A DNA stretch of 64,000 nt, taken from the NCBI RefSeq assembly GCF_009914755.1, contig NC_060944.1; one strand, given 5' to 3'. How positions within the stretch are numbered: position 1 is the stretch's first letter; the number at the start of each line of letters is the position of its first letter. This stretch comes from the human T2T-CHM13v2.0 reference genome, Homo sapiens. The notes beneath the pieces are model-generated. The model was not told the DNA's origin. It worked only from the letters and a program-made list of their open reading frames with translations, and did no database searches. Positions 41,651-54,784 of this stretch are shown piece after piece. The translations under genes and the position numbers were made by a program.

Positions 41651-43644
41651 TGGATATTATATTTCCTTAAAATGACTAGAAAAGTCATTGTGCAATCTCA
41701 GTACCATTTTCAATGCTTTCATTTATATTTACATTTACAGAGTTTGCTTTGACCATGAATTTGCTATTAATCATTGGCAAAGACACATTTTCATAAGTTA
41801 TAAATTTCTGTTTTGTTTGGCATAAGGACCGTATGCTTAAGCCCTTAACCAGAGATGAGTGTCCGGCTGTAAAAGCCAAACACAATGAACCTAAACCAAT
41901 GCAAAAGCACACCCATTTGAAAATTGCCAAATCTGAAGTGTAATTATTAACCCTTAGGAGGTCTGTAATTTATTACATTGTCTATGAAGAAATAGTTGAC
42001 TCAATAAAGTGTGTGTGCTCAGGTGTTTCATTGGCTTAATTAACATATTTTAAGTATTTTTAATATCTGCCAATTACAAATTAATTTTATCTATTGGTTA
42101 AAGCTTCCTGGAAAAATTTTCTCTCACTGTTGAGGTAAATTGATATTAACCTAATTAATTGCAAGAAGTCAACTATGCTGATTTTGAAATATATTTAATG
42201 TTTTTAGTAAATATGGCTACCTTTGTCTCAGTTGGCCTGTACTAATGTAGTTTTACTGGAATTCTAAGGTATTACAATCTATAAATTTACGACAGAAAGA
42301 TCTACTGCCACCATATTAGAAATATTTTCTGGTGATTTGGAGTTCAAATTAACTATTTTGGGGGAAAAACACTACAAGCATAGCTCAGAGAAATACTCAA
42401 AATTATCCTCCACAATCTACTTCATCTATCTATCACAGTGCCATCTGAATCCTGCTCTCCTGAAGAGTTTTGACACATTGAAGATCATCTGAACCCAGCG
42501 GAGTTTCAGATTGCAAATGCCTAGAGGAGCTAGCAGGGCCTTGTGTAGGACAGTAGGAGATGGTAAGAATGGGTTTAAATGAACAAGGCCTGGTGTTTCC
42601 ATGAGACAGAACAGGCTCCATCTTGATAGTTTTTCCAACTTTTAAAAGAAGCTGGAAATCCAAATTGAGGAAAGGAGGTCTCATGATTTCTAAATGTTGG
42701 CATCTAATTTTTAAAAATTCAAATCCTGTGGATTTAAAGAAAACATTGCTAACAAACACCAATTTGTAACCTCTAAACTATAGGCAAACAGAGTGTAGGA
42801 AATAGGCTAAAAAGTCCTAAGTAGAGTGCTATTTTCTCATTTGTTTAGGAAAAATGGCTCAGAGAATTTGGCTCACCTCGATTTAATTTACTTTATATTT
42901 CAAAAAGTGATAGATGAGTCTTCCACCTTCACTTTCCTGAGTTGATATATTAACAATTACCCTAGACTCTGCAGGTTTGAGGAACTCTTATGACCAGCTA
43001 CATACACTAGATTTCCTTGACTAATCCAAATCTAAAATATTAAGTCCCAAAGTGTTCATCAAAGTGTTAGAGACCTGGTGATATTTATTGACCAAACCAC
43101 ATCTCTCAGATTTCACAGGCAGTGGTGCACAAACCTTCGTTAGGTGATGTATTCATGAAGTCTAGTCACCAAGATTGTTCTCTAAATCTGGTCTAACTGG
43201 ACCTTCAAAAGTTTCCCAAGCAAAAGGCTATGTGCAAGTCTTAATTATTCTCTTACCTATGGGTTATACACAGCTCTTATTTGTCTGTCTTGTGGTTGTG
43301 AGTCTTTTGGAGTTCAAGGATTCCTTTGAGAAGCTGTTATATACTTTCTAATGAAAATTAATATGTCCATAACTGCAAAATTTTTTACATAGAGAATGTG
43401 TGTATTCCCTGACTTCCTCAGATCCCCAGATTAGAAACTTTGGCTCTGAAATTTTGTATAAAACTAGGCTATTTCTGCACTTACAATCCAACTAGAAAAA
43501 AACAGCAAATCAACTGTTCCAGAGAAGACAGGGTAAAGGATTCACAAATTGATCCACCAAAAAAGAGAATATCACACATAACACAAAGTGATTCAGGCAG
43601 CAAGCCCCATGTGTGTTAGACATTTATTTAAAAATTGGATTAGA

Positions 43645-43948
43645 GGGTGGGTGTGGTGGCTCATGCCTATAGTTCTAAAGCTTTTGGAGGACAAGGAAGG
43701 AGGGTCAGTTGAGACTAGGAGTTTGAAACCAGTCTGGGAAACATGGCAAGACCCCATTTCTTAAAAAAAAAAAAGAAAAGAAAAAAAAGAAAATTAATTA
43801 GCTGGACGTGGTGGCATGCATCTGTAGCCTTAGCTATCCCAGGAGGTTGAAGTGGGAGGACCACTTGAGCCCAGTAATTCAAGGTTACAGTGAGCTGTGA
43901 TTGCTCCACTGCACTCCAGCCTAGGCAACAGAGTGAGACCCTTTCTCT
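43645..43948 (+). mobile_element. AluJ-type SINE, diverged, tail-less
   Basis: ggtggctcatgcctatag...ggaggaccacttgagcccag...cactccagcctaggcaacagagtgagaccct. Confidence 0.92.
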
Positions 43949-44149
43949 ATATTTTGTCATTTATATTAGAAGTTTGCATTTTATTACGTAATATATTAAT
44001 ATTTATTTTGCTGTAAAACTATTTATATATACTCTTTTAAAACTTTGAAGAAAACTGAACTCCGCAGAAAGATGTTTATGTGGTAGCTTTTCGCACTCCC
44101 GCACCCCTTAGGATGTCCCAGGAAAATGTGAACTCATTAAGGAGGAATG

Positions 44150-44360
44150 ATAGTAGAAAGACCACTAGCTTTGATATCAGATGTAACTGGGTTTGAATCT
44201 CGGTTCTGCCACTTACTAATTGGGCCATATTAGGAAGGTAACTTTATGTCTCTGATCCATTCTTTATGAGGCTATGGTAAAGAATAAATGAGATAGCACA
44301 TGCAAGACTCCCAATAACTATCAGGCATACAGTAGATACTCAATAAATGATTATTATCTG
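44150..44360 (+). mobile_element. MIR SINE
   Basis: ctgggtttgaatctcggttctgccacttacta...aataaatgagatagcacatg. Confidence 0.7.
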
Positions 44361-44760
44361 TTAACATTAGCCTGCAGTCACCTCTTTCTTCTCTACTGCT
44401 ATCATAAGACTAATCAGTACGATGCCCAGCATATAGTAGATGTTCAATAAATGACAGCCATAAACCCTTGAAATCCTTCATCCCATGATGACTTCTCAAT
44501 CTTCATTTTACTTGACCTGTCTGCAGCATTAGTGAAAAATAATCACTCTCTCTTTCTCAAAGCACATTCTTCTCTTGACTTCCAGGGTATTACACTCTTG
44601 ATTTTCCTCTTTATCACTAGCTTTTCCTATGCATTTTCTATTCTTGGTTCCTCCTCCTCTCTTTGACCTTTAAACAATGGAATGACCCAAGGCTTAGTCT
44701 ATGCCCCTCTATTCTTTTCTAACTGCATATCTCTCATGAAGATCTGATCTTGTTTCATCA

Positions 44761-45284
44761 TGTTAAATACAGTAAGACATTCTTCTTCAAAGGGTTAACT
44801 TGTTTAAGTTTGCTTGCCCTTTTTTCCCTGCTTTCAAGGCCAGACTCCCTTACTCTCTGTGTTCCCTTGCCCTGGGAAACAACCTTCCTCTCAGTCTTAT
44901 CTATAGAGCCTACATTCCACATCTGCTACTCACTCTGTAAATCACCTCCCCCCACCACAACAGCCCCCCCCACCAATCCCCCACCACCATCTCCACCTCC
45001 ACCAAAACTGTTTTCTTGTCAGTGTAACTGCATCCCTGCACGTCTCAAGTTAGCCAACTGGGTTCAGCTTAGATTGTGTGGTCCAACTCTAACCAATGGA
45101 GACTGCACACAGCAGTAGGAGCCCAGTGTGTTAGGGATAAATCTGCTGCTTTCCTTTGTTTGATGTGCTCTCGTGGTGACCAAACTAACGAGCAGCACCC
45201 TTCTGCAGAAGTAAACTTTGCCTTGCTGAGAAATCAACTATCAGAGTGTCATTTCCTTTGCGACTTCAAGCTTTATTTCTAACA
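44761..45284 (+). mobile_element. Solo ERV LTR (MER4-group/ERV1-like; subfamily uncertain)
   Basis: TGTTA...TAACA inverted termini, 5-bp TSD CATCA (44756-44760, 45285-45289), internal CCAAT and AGTAAA polyA-like signal. Confidence 0.85.
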
Positions 45285-45764
45285 CATCATGATAGATAGA
45301 TTAGATGGATGATAGATAGATATAGATAAGTAGATAGATGTATAAAATAGGCATTTCCAACTGACTACTTGATGTATAGAGATATGTAAATGTATATGCA
45401 TAAATAGGCATTTCTGACTGCCTACTTGATCTTTCCACTTGGATAATCAAAAGTCATCTCAAACTTAATATGTACCAAACTGTGCTCCTCATGTTTCCTC
45501 CTCCCGCTCTCTAAAACTATTTCCCTTACAGTCTTCCCCATCTCAATAAATGGCAACTCTATCCTTCTTGTGGCTCAAGCCATAAACCCTGGTGCCATTC
45601 GTGACTTTTCTCCTTCATTCTATTCTGCATTCTATCTCTCAGTAAAACATGAGCTGACCTTCACAGCACATCTAGAATCTGACCACTTCTCACCTTTCCC
45701 TCAGCAACTCCCTGGTCTTAGCCCCCTTTATCTCTCACCTAAAGTATTACAGAGCTCCAACTCT

Positions 45765-46202
45765 TTTATCTGTGTTCCACTGTCTATTGCTGCATAACAA
45801 TGCAGCCCAACACACAGTGGCATAAAAAAATGATTTTATTATGTTTGTGGATTCTGCTGGTCAGGAATTCAGAAAAGGAACAGTGAGGACAGCTCTCCCC
45901 TGCTCCATGGTGTCTAGGGTCTCAGCTAGGATGACTCAACTGGCTGGGCTGGAGAAGCTGGGCCAGGAGGGTCCACTTTCCAGACTGCCTCCTCAGTGTC
46001 ACACCTGGCACCTGGGCTGGGAAGGCCGAAGGGTGAGACAAGCCAGGACTGTGAACTGGATCGATGCAGCCATAAACAAGCCCACCAGGTTCAAGGGGAG
46101 GAGATTAGCCTGTCTCTTAATGGGAAGAGTAGCAAAGAATTCATGAGCATGTTTTAAAAACCACCATGTCCTGTTTCCACCCTCCCCTCCCCTCTGCCAC
46201 AA
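45765..46202 (-). mobile_element. MLT1-type MaLR LTR
   Basis: tctattgctgcataacaa...cagtggcataaaa...ggattctgctggtcaggaattcaga. Confidence 0.7.
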
Positions 46203-48809
46203 TCCACTAGACTTTCTCTATACAGCAGCCAGTGCTGCTGAAATAAAATCCAGAGATGTCATTCTTCTGCCCAAATCCTTCCCATGGCTCCCATTTCACT
46301 CACAGCAAAAAACAAAATACTTACCACGACCATAAGGCCCCACAGCCTGGCCAGATCATCTGTGACTCATCTCCTGCTACTTTCCCTGAGCTCACTCTAA
46401 CCCCAGATGCCGCACAGCCTCTTCACTGTTCCTGGAGCCAGCCACCCATGGCGTCCTCCCACCTGCAACATTTGCATTTGCACTCCTCATCCCCCGTCCT
46501 GGAACACCCTTTACCCAGACATCCACAGGGCTCACCCTTCTCCTACTTGAAGTCTTCACTCACATAGCACCTTCTCTGTGGGACTCAGGCTCACATGCTT
46601 TCTAAAATTGCAACCCACCCCCCAACTTCCTGGCCCCTTTCCTGCTTAATTGTTCTCTTTAGCATTTAAAAACATCTGCACATGTGCACACACACACACA
46701 CACAGAGTCACACATATACCTACACACATAAACACACATGCATGCACACATTAATTTATTTCCTATCTGTTGCCTGTCTCCACATTTAGACTGTGAGGTC
46801 CACCTGGGCAGGAATTTCTATCTTTTTCACTGCTGAATCTCTAGTACCTAGACCAGAGCCTATATGTAATAGGAGCTGAAAAATATTTATGGAATGAATA
46901 AAGACTATCTGTTTTTACAAATCTGTTCTTTGCAAGAACTCCCATTTAACATACCTAGATCTCTAAAAGACTAAGAAAGCTCTGCTCATATGATCCACAG
47001 ACTTCTTTGTAAACTTCAAAGTATATAACCTCTTATTAATTAATTCACAGGTTTCTTAAGCTTTGTTGGACAGCATGGCTACTATTTACTACCACCTTTT
47101 TAAAAATCACAAAGTCATTAGATTACTTTGGTGACCAGGTAGCAACATGCTTCTCTATTGCTATCCAGATATGATATACTCCAAGCTTGGAGGTAGGGAG
47201 CATGCTTTAAGCAGTGGAACTTTTTGAAGAGAATGAAAATAGAAATAAAATATTATTAATTCATCTTGATCATTCCTGCTGCATCTTAGCAGGAGATGAA
47301 ATATGCCTGGATTAGAGGGAAAATGACTAATCTCCCAAGGTGTGTAGGGCTGTCATCAGCTTCTAATAAAATTCTGCATTCTCAGAGTCGAGTGTCCAAG
47401 AAAGTAAATGCGATCTGTTTTCCTATGAATGACCCATATATGAGACGACTTTTAAAACTTTTATTTAACAAACTTTTACATTGCACTACATGCTAAGAAC
47501 TTTACAAAAACCAACTCCGTTGACCCTCACAACAACCACGTGAGGTTGATACTGTTACTATCGTCATTTTTTAGATGACTAAACTTAGTCATGCAAAAGT
47601 TAACTAAATTTGCCTGAGATAAAACATATAGTTAGCAGTGCAATCTAGTCACAGGACCTGTCTTTTTATCATTAGATGAAATGCCCTTTCCTCCACCATT
47701 TTATTGTAAACATTTGCAAATTTATAGAAAACCTTATATAATTCTAAATAAATATTCATATATCTACTACCTAGATTCTAGTTAGCATTTTGCTATACGT
47801 TTACTACTTGTCTACCTATCTATCTATCTATCCATCCTTATGTTTTATGCATCTCAAACGAAGTTGTAGAATAAATACACTTCACTTCTAAACCCTTCAG
47901 CATGCATACCATTAACTTCAATATTTTTCTATAGTTTTTTTTCTTTTGAGGTAAAATTTACATACAATGGAATGCACAAATCTGAAGTATATCATTCAAT
48001 GAGTTTTGACCTGCATTGGCTTTTGATTCCTTTTTTGGAGAAAGTTTCCTAATGTAGTTTTGACTGTGGAAAGATGAACTAAAACTGCTCACTTAAAATT
48101 AAAGAGTTTAATCTCTGGAGAAGAGAACTGGCTAATGTGTAAATCATCATCTAATGACGTAAAGGAAGAGCTCACCAGAAGGCTGTCTTCTAGAGAAATT
48201 CCCCTGCTACACACTCATAATTCCACAGCGATCAGCAGCTATTTTCCTCTTTGTCTTTAGTGTAATCTCTCCAGCAGGAAAGGAACTTAGTTCAGTAATC
48301 TTTACAATTCCACTCCATCCCCTGTCTTCTTGAACACATGAAGAAAGCAAAGGCCAGGAATTATAATAGTTTGATGATCCTTAAAATAATGTCTGCTATT
48401 GCAAATTTCTTTAGTATCAATTTCAAAATTGATATTGTGAACTTGTATTTGTCTCATGTTACAAGCAAAGGCACTCCTTTCCTATGGCCCAAAATAAGAG
48501 CCACATGTAGAAAACTTCCTTTTCTGCGTGTCACAGATCACCACGTCAGAGAAAATAATTATACAGGTAATAACTGCTACCATACATGAGGACACTACTA
48601 TATGTTCACCCTTTTATAAATATTGTCAATCCTTACAATAGACTTTCAAATTTCACATATAATGAACCAAGATTTGAAGAAATCAGATGATCACCCACAC
48701 AGCTGGCAGGTAGTGGAAGCAGGATCTTCTGACTCCTAATATCACGTAACCTCACCCTACAGCCTTATCACCCTAGTAACCTGAATCATTATGTAAAACT
48801 TGGAAGCAG

Positions 48810-49030
48810 GATTTGACTTTCACACTTCCTGAGCTTGAATCCCAGCTTCATGGTGGTGTGACCTTGCATAAGCAGTTTAATCTCTCTGTGCCTCAGTTTT
48901 CTCACCTGGTAAATGAGGTGAATAGTAGTGCCTACCCTATTGGATGGTGGTGAGAAATTAATAAGATAATGCATGCAAAGCCTTAGAACAGTGCAGGCAC
49001 CAGAGGAAATTCTCTACAAATGTGCACTAT
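48810..49030 (+). mobile_element. MIR SINE
   Basis: ttgaatcccagct...gtgacctt...tctctgtgcctcagttttctcacctggtaaatg...cttagaacagtgc. Confidence 0.8.
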
Positions 49031-49145
49031 TACTAATATTGACCCTTGCAAGAATCTGCCTTATGTCCCTCTCTGCCCCTTCTTTGGTGAAACAGTGCCA
49101 GAATATGACAAGAGGTTGCATATTGGTTGACCTGCAGAAACCTTT

Positions 49146-49969
49146 TTTTAAAACTTTTATTTTAGGTTCAGGGGTACATGCACAGGCCTGTTATATAGGT
49201 AAACTTGTGTCACAGCAGTTTGTTGTACTTATTATTTCATCATCCAGGTACTAAGTCAAGCACCCATTAGTTATTTTTCCAGATCTTCTCCCTCCTCCCA
49301 CCCTCCACCCTCCATTAGGTCCCAGTGTGTGTTGTTCCTCTATACCTGTCCATGTGTTCTAGGCATTTAGCTCCCACTTCTGAGAACATATGGTATTTGG
49401 TTTTCTCTTCCTGCATTAGTTTGCTAAGGATGATGGCCCCCACCTCCATCCCTGCTCCTGCAAAGGACATACTCTCGTTCTTTTTTATGGCTTCATAGTG
49501 TTCCATGGTGTATGTGTAACACATTTTCTTTATCCAGTTTGTCACTGATAAGGATTTAGGTTGATTCCATGTCTTTGCTGTTGTGAATAGTGCTAAAATG
49601 AACATATATGTGCATGTTTCTTTATGGTAGAACAATTTATATCCCTTTGGGCAGGTACCTGGTAATGGGATTGCTGCGTTGAGTGGTAGTTCTGTTTTTA
49701 GCTCTTTGAGGAATCATTGCACTGTCATCCACAATGGTTGAACTAATTTACACTCCCACCAACAGTGTGTAAGTGTTCCCTTTTTTTTGCAACCTTGCCA
49801 GCATCTGTTATTTCTCAACTTTTTAGTAATACCCGTACTGACTGGTGTGAGATGGTATGTCATTGTGGTTTTGATTTGCATTTCTCTAATCAGTGATATT
49901 GAGGTTTTTTCATATGCTTTTTGGCCACGTGTATGTCTTCTTTTGAGAAGTGTCTGTTCGTGTCCTCGG
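49146..49969 (-). mobile_element. 5'-truncated L1PA (older primate subfamily), ORF2 C-terminus and 3' UTR
   Basis: ORFs 49714-49989 (REMQIKTTM...HCWWECKLVQPLW) and 49315-49635 (AKTWNQPK...WIKKM) are L1 ORF2p remnants; TSD CCTGCAGAA(A/T)CCTTT at 49131-49145 and 49970-49984. Confidence 0.95.
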
Positions 49970-50274
49970 CCTGCAGAATCCTTTAACACACAGTGACAGA
50001 AATATACTTGAATAAAGCATCAATACGTCTTCAAATAAAAACAAACTGAATAGTAGAGTATAATAATATTAAGAAATTAAGGTTAGGTGCGAACAAAGTG
50101 CAGTGTTGAAACTCGGATGACCATAGCAGACCCTGCTGGTGCCATGTCCACTTCTGCTCTTGGCGGTTACCATTTCCATGTGCACAGCCTCCTCTCCAAT
50201 GGCCAATTCCCATGCCCTTTTTCTGAGAACTTTCTGAAAAACTGTTACATGTCAGACACTGTTCTAGGAACTGG

Positions 50275-50636
50275 AGCCCGTTCTTCCCTAGTGGGCATCA
50301 GGCCAAAAGCACCGGAGATTCAACACCCCCTAGAAGCAGTGCTCAACCTTTGACTGATGGGAGCTGGATGATAAATACCCCAGCAGCCTCATCCTTCGGG
50401 AAAGATAATTCTTAGGTGTGTTCTACACTGTCTTCTGCAGACCCCGGTGGAAGCGAGCTCCAGCTGCCCACACTGGTAACTGCCTTAAAAGCACACCGTT
50501 CATTGGTTTCCTTCCCTTTTCTGGCTGGCTCATCTCTCCTCCTCTAACAGTGCTTCCTGGGATAACCTTCCAAATAAACAGGTTGTATTTGAATCTTTTA
50601 TACAGGTTTGCTTCTGGAGAACCCAAAATTAAGACA
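50275..50636 (+). mobile_element. LTR16-like ERVL LTR
   Basis: ggataaccttccaaataaac...tgcttctggagaacccaaaattaagaca 3' end; reverse-complement similarity to 28677-29110 and 37973-38395. Confidence 0.7.
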
Positions 50637-51052
50637 GTGATTTTTATAAAACACGGCCAATTTTTACCCCTTTAACCTTCAGCATCAACTACAATGATCC
50701 TTACGTCTGTACGTCCCTTTCACATCCAGGATCTCATTGTACCCTCAGTCATCCAGGAAGTGATCCAGTGCTGTGAAGCAGATAAACAAATGCTACTGAC
50801 CTGTTTTAGGATGAGAAAATGGGGCTCAGAAAAGTGAGATCAAAACCACATAGATAATAGAGACAGAGCTGGATAATATTATAATGCCAGACACAGACAC
50901 GCCGACTCTACATTCAGGAATGCCTTCAAGGGCTGGGTGCAGCAGACACCTGTCAGGCCCTTATTCAGTGCATACAACTCCGTCCACTTCCCCTCATAAG
51001 AACAGGAAGGAAGGAAAAAAATCAGAGCCTCTGTTCTTCAGTAATCTATTTC

Positions 51053-51054
51053 AG

Positions 51055-51093
<39 letters not shown>
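51053..51093 (+). repeat. (CA)n microsatellite
   Basis: About 16 CA units. Confidence 0.95.
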
Positions 51094-51094
<1 letters not shown>

Positions 51095-54000
51095 AAAGTG
51101 TCAATTTAGTTATTAAACTGCCCAGAGGAACAGCTTTGGGAATCAGTCTTACTAAAATTTTAAAAATCCATGCGATTCTAAAAGCCTCAAAGAATAATAC
51201 TGATTTCTACCTAAGACTTTTATAGCTAGGCAGCAAAGTGATTTTACATGGCATATCAGATAGCAAAATTTTCTACAAATCTCTCTTAAACAATTATTTA
51301 CCTTTGTCATCACATCTCTATGTTTTATATGATGTATATTTCTTAGAATACCTTCTTTGGAGTCTTTGACCAGCCTCAGCTCTATTCTTAAAATCTTGAC
51401 ATTACGAATGGTTAATTCTAGACCCAGCAAGGGCACACGAGTCAATTCACGCCTTGGTTCCTTTGTTGAGTTTGCCCAAGGCAGAGGCATTGATGACACG
51501 GTTGGAACTCTTGGGTTCTTGCAACATAACATGCTTTTCAACCACCTACTTTGATAATTAGTCCTAAGGAAACTTGGCTCCAGAACTTCTTACATATTAG
51601 AATAATAATGGCAGAACGGATATCAGATCTCAGAGAACCATGTTATATGATTTTTTTTAAGATCTTAGTAATACATTTCTCAACAGGACCAGAAGTTTCT
51701 GTTCACAAAGTGTGAAAGCTCAGGGGGCTGATGTCTGGTGATTCAGTCCAGTGGAATCAGACTTCAGAATTTCATAGACCTGTGAGTTTTTTTTAAGTGA
51801 ATTATATTGTACCAAAGTTTTTATTCTGCCATGATTCAAAAGATCTAATAACCCCTTATCCACTATCACTATCGTCCATAAATTCACCCTAAAAGATATT
51901 ATGGACATGATGTCTGATTAAGAGACAGTCCCTAGGAAGATGTCCATATATGTATATACTTGCAAGCATAATATACTTATATGTTACACATATATATCAT
52001 TTTTAAATTTTACCATACATCAGTGAAAATTTTCATACATGTCTTTAAAGTGTTATAGACTAGTATTTAGGAACTATTAGACTAACCAACAAGTAGATAC
52101 AAGATAAGAATGGACTATTCTTCTCTGCTGGTTTTGCATTTTGTCAAAACCAGGATCAAAGCCAACAACAGTAACTAGCTTCCACTTCCTTTAAGGCTGA
52201 ATTATTTATGCTTTGTTCTCTCACAAGAGTGTGATATTCAGACCTGGAACACAGCCTTGGGACACTCGTATCCTTTACTGCTGATGAAGCTATTTGGCTA
52301 TTATTTTAAAATAGGAAGCAACAGAGACTCAAACAGGTATAGTCACTTGCCCAAGATCTCAAAACGGCCAATCCAGGGCAAGACATGCCTGTGCCCTTTG
52401 CCTGTAACACTGTACTCCCTTACACATCACAAAACCAGAAACAAACTCCGAAGGAGCCCTTGACAGTAACACTATTTGTCCACCCATGCAAATGATTTGG
52501 GGCACCTGGAGATATCCCACAGCTGAAGTACATCTCGGGTTAGTTTGTTAGCTTATGACAGGAGGGGCTGGCCTTTTCTTTAAGAATCCATCCTTTCCCA
52601 TTGGTTCATTCTTAGCAAGACAACTGAATCACGTCCCTACAGACTGAGTATAGTACTCAGAAATAAAAGTGCTCCACATGGTGACCTGTGAAAATGATTC
52701 AATGGTTGAATTAAACAAGTCACAGACATCAGTTCGCTTTTGTTAAGTATAATGTCAATCTTAATATTCCAGTCAGATAACTCATGCTTTTCACCTATTC
52801 ACTTCTTTCGGCTCAGGAGCTATGATGGCTAAAACATGCCTGGTTATACAAAGCTGGTTGATTCAGGAGTATTGCTAGTCAAGATTAGCCTTGCTCTGGG
52901 AGAGGTTATTTTTTCCTATATTATATGGCACTTGAAAACAATTAATCAGATAATTATAATTATGATCATGGATATTATTAGACTTTTTGGAAGCAAATTA
53001 ATAAATTGTTGTGGTGCCATTTTCTTAGCGAATTACTTGTTTGGAGACAATATACTTATTTTTCATGGAAGCAAAAGGCTTTCATGAAAAGTAAAATAAC
53101 ATGTGCTGCTTTCAGTGCAAACAAAAGATCTCAGCCAGGGAATCCGTATATTTCAACTAAGTGTAATCTGTAAGGATACATTCTGTCTTCAAAGGAAACC
53201 AAAAGATGAACCAAGTTATATGGGGTAATAGGCTATGTGCAGCCACACACCAATTCCTAATAAACACACAGAGAAGGGAACAGCTGCTGAATCCTTGGCA
53301 AGTTTCTCTCTTTCTAGGTCAGAGAGCCTTCTGCTTCTACATGTGGCTGAATAGCAGTCCCTGTTTGGTCTAGCATCAGGGGACAGGAAATTTTGGGTGG
53401 GACCTAGGTATAGTAGCTCAGCAAGGAGGTGCAAGAAGAAATTGGTTTATTTTGATTCAAAAAGAAAAACTGTGGTTTGTAATCCAAGTTCAGTCCACGG
53501 AGCTCAGCCAAATGACTGTCAGAACCACATTGCATGTGCCTCCAGGAGCCCCACCCTCATAATAACTCATCCATGAGTCACTGGCTGCCCCTACTGTGAA
53601 GAAATGCCACAGGGCACACCACACTGTGATGTCAAAACACACCTCTGTTGTTGGTTCATTCCTGTGGAATTTAGGAGACTAGCCTTTTGAATTTTGGTCA
53701 GAGACTTGAAATTTCAGAACCAACTAAGTAAGCTGGACTCATCAAATTTTCTTCCACCACGAATATAAAAGAGATTTTAAAATGACTAACCACAAATCAC
53801 TGTGAACCACTGAATACGGGGGCTCCCTGGAGATCTATTTACCACATCATCTTCCAATGGCCCTTTCAAGAACCATGCCTGATCAGGCTACCATTTGTTT
53901 AAACTCATCAGTAGCTTCCCGTGTTAAGATCAAAGCTGCAATCCTTAACACAATTTGCCAGCCCTGCATCACCTCCTCAGCCTATTCATTCTTACATTTG

Positions 54001-54391
54001 TTCCTTCATTCATTAAATATTTACTGGACCCCTGTTACATGTCAGACACTGTTCTAGGAACTGGGGTACTACTAGCAATGGACAAAGTGGATGGAGGTCC
54101 TCCTCCTGGAACTGACATTCAGCCATGCCTGCCCCTCCCTATCCATGAGCTACCCCAACCGCACACCCTCCTTACCATTCCTCAAGCACTTCCTTCTGCC
54201 TGGAAGACTTTTTATTCCTGGTAAACTCCTACTGATTATTCAGATTTTATTTAAAACTTCATTTTCTTTGGGGAGGACCTTCTCTTTTTCTGAACTAGGT
54301 CAGATCCCATCCTATAACCACTCCACAGCACTCTTAATTACTTATAATTTTCCTTTTTCTAAATATTGTTCATCCGTATTTCCTTCCAGAC

Positions 54392-54585
54392 CAAGGGTTG
54401 GCAGCCTTTGATAGATAGTAAATATTTTCAGCTCTGTAAGCTATTCAGTCTCTGTTACAACTACTCAACTCTGCCACTGCACCGGAAATGCAGCCATAGG
54501 CAATACATGAACAAATGGATACAGCTGGGTTTCAATAAAACTTTATTACAAAATTAGGCTGCGGGCCATAATTTGCCAACTTCTG
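54392..54585 (+). mobile_element. MER58A hAT-Charlie element
   Basis: caagggttggca...atagtaaatattttcagct...actactcaactctgccact...caataaaacttta...tttgccaacttctg. Confidence 0.85.
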
Positions 54586-54784
54586 GACAATAGAACTTCC
54601 TATGATGATGGAAATGCTCTATAAATGTCCTGTCCAGTAAGGTAGCCACCAACTACATGAGAATATTGAGCACTTGAAATGTGGCTAGTGCAATCGAAGA
54701 TCTCAATCTCTAAACTTAATTTAAACTATTGAAATTTAAATGTAACTAACGACATATGGCTAGCAACAATTGTATTGAACAGCA
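54586..54784 (+). mobile_element. MER3-type hAT-Charlie element
   Basis: caatagaacttcctatgatgatggaaatg...tattgagcacttgaaatgtggctagtg. Confidence 0.8.

Larger units (their letters stand above)
44420..46902 (+). mobile_element. Long L2 element split by an ERV LTR, (GATA)n, an MLT1 LTR and (CA)n
   Basis: cttgacctgtctgcagcatt, catctcaaacttaatatgt, tcttccccatctcaataaatggcaac; ends tatttatggaatgaataaa. Confidence 0.75.

Noticed and set aside
49315-49996. ORFs resembling a retroelement protein C-terminus with a cysteine-rich motif
   Set aside because: Broken remnants of L1 ORF2p in a 5'-truncated, inactive L1PA.
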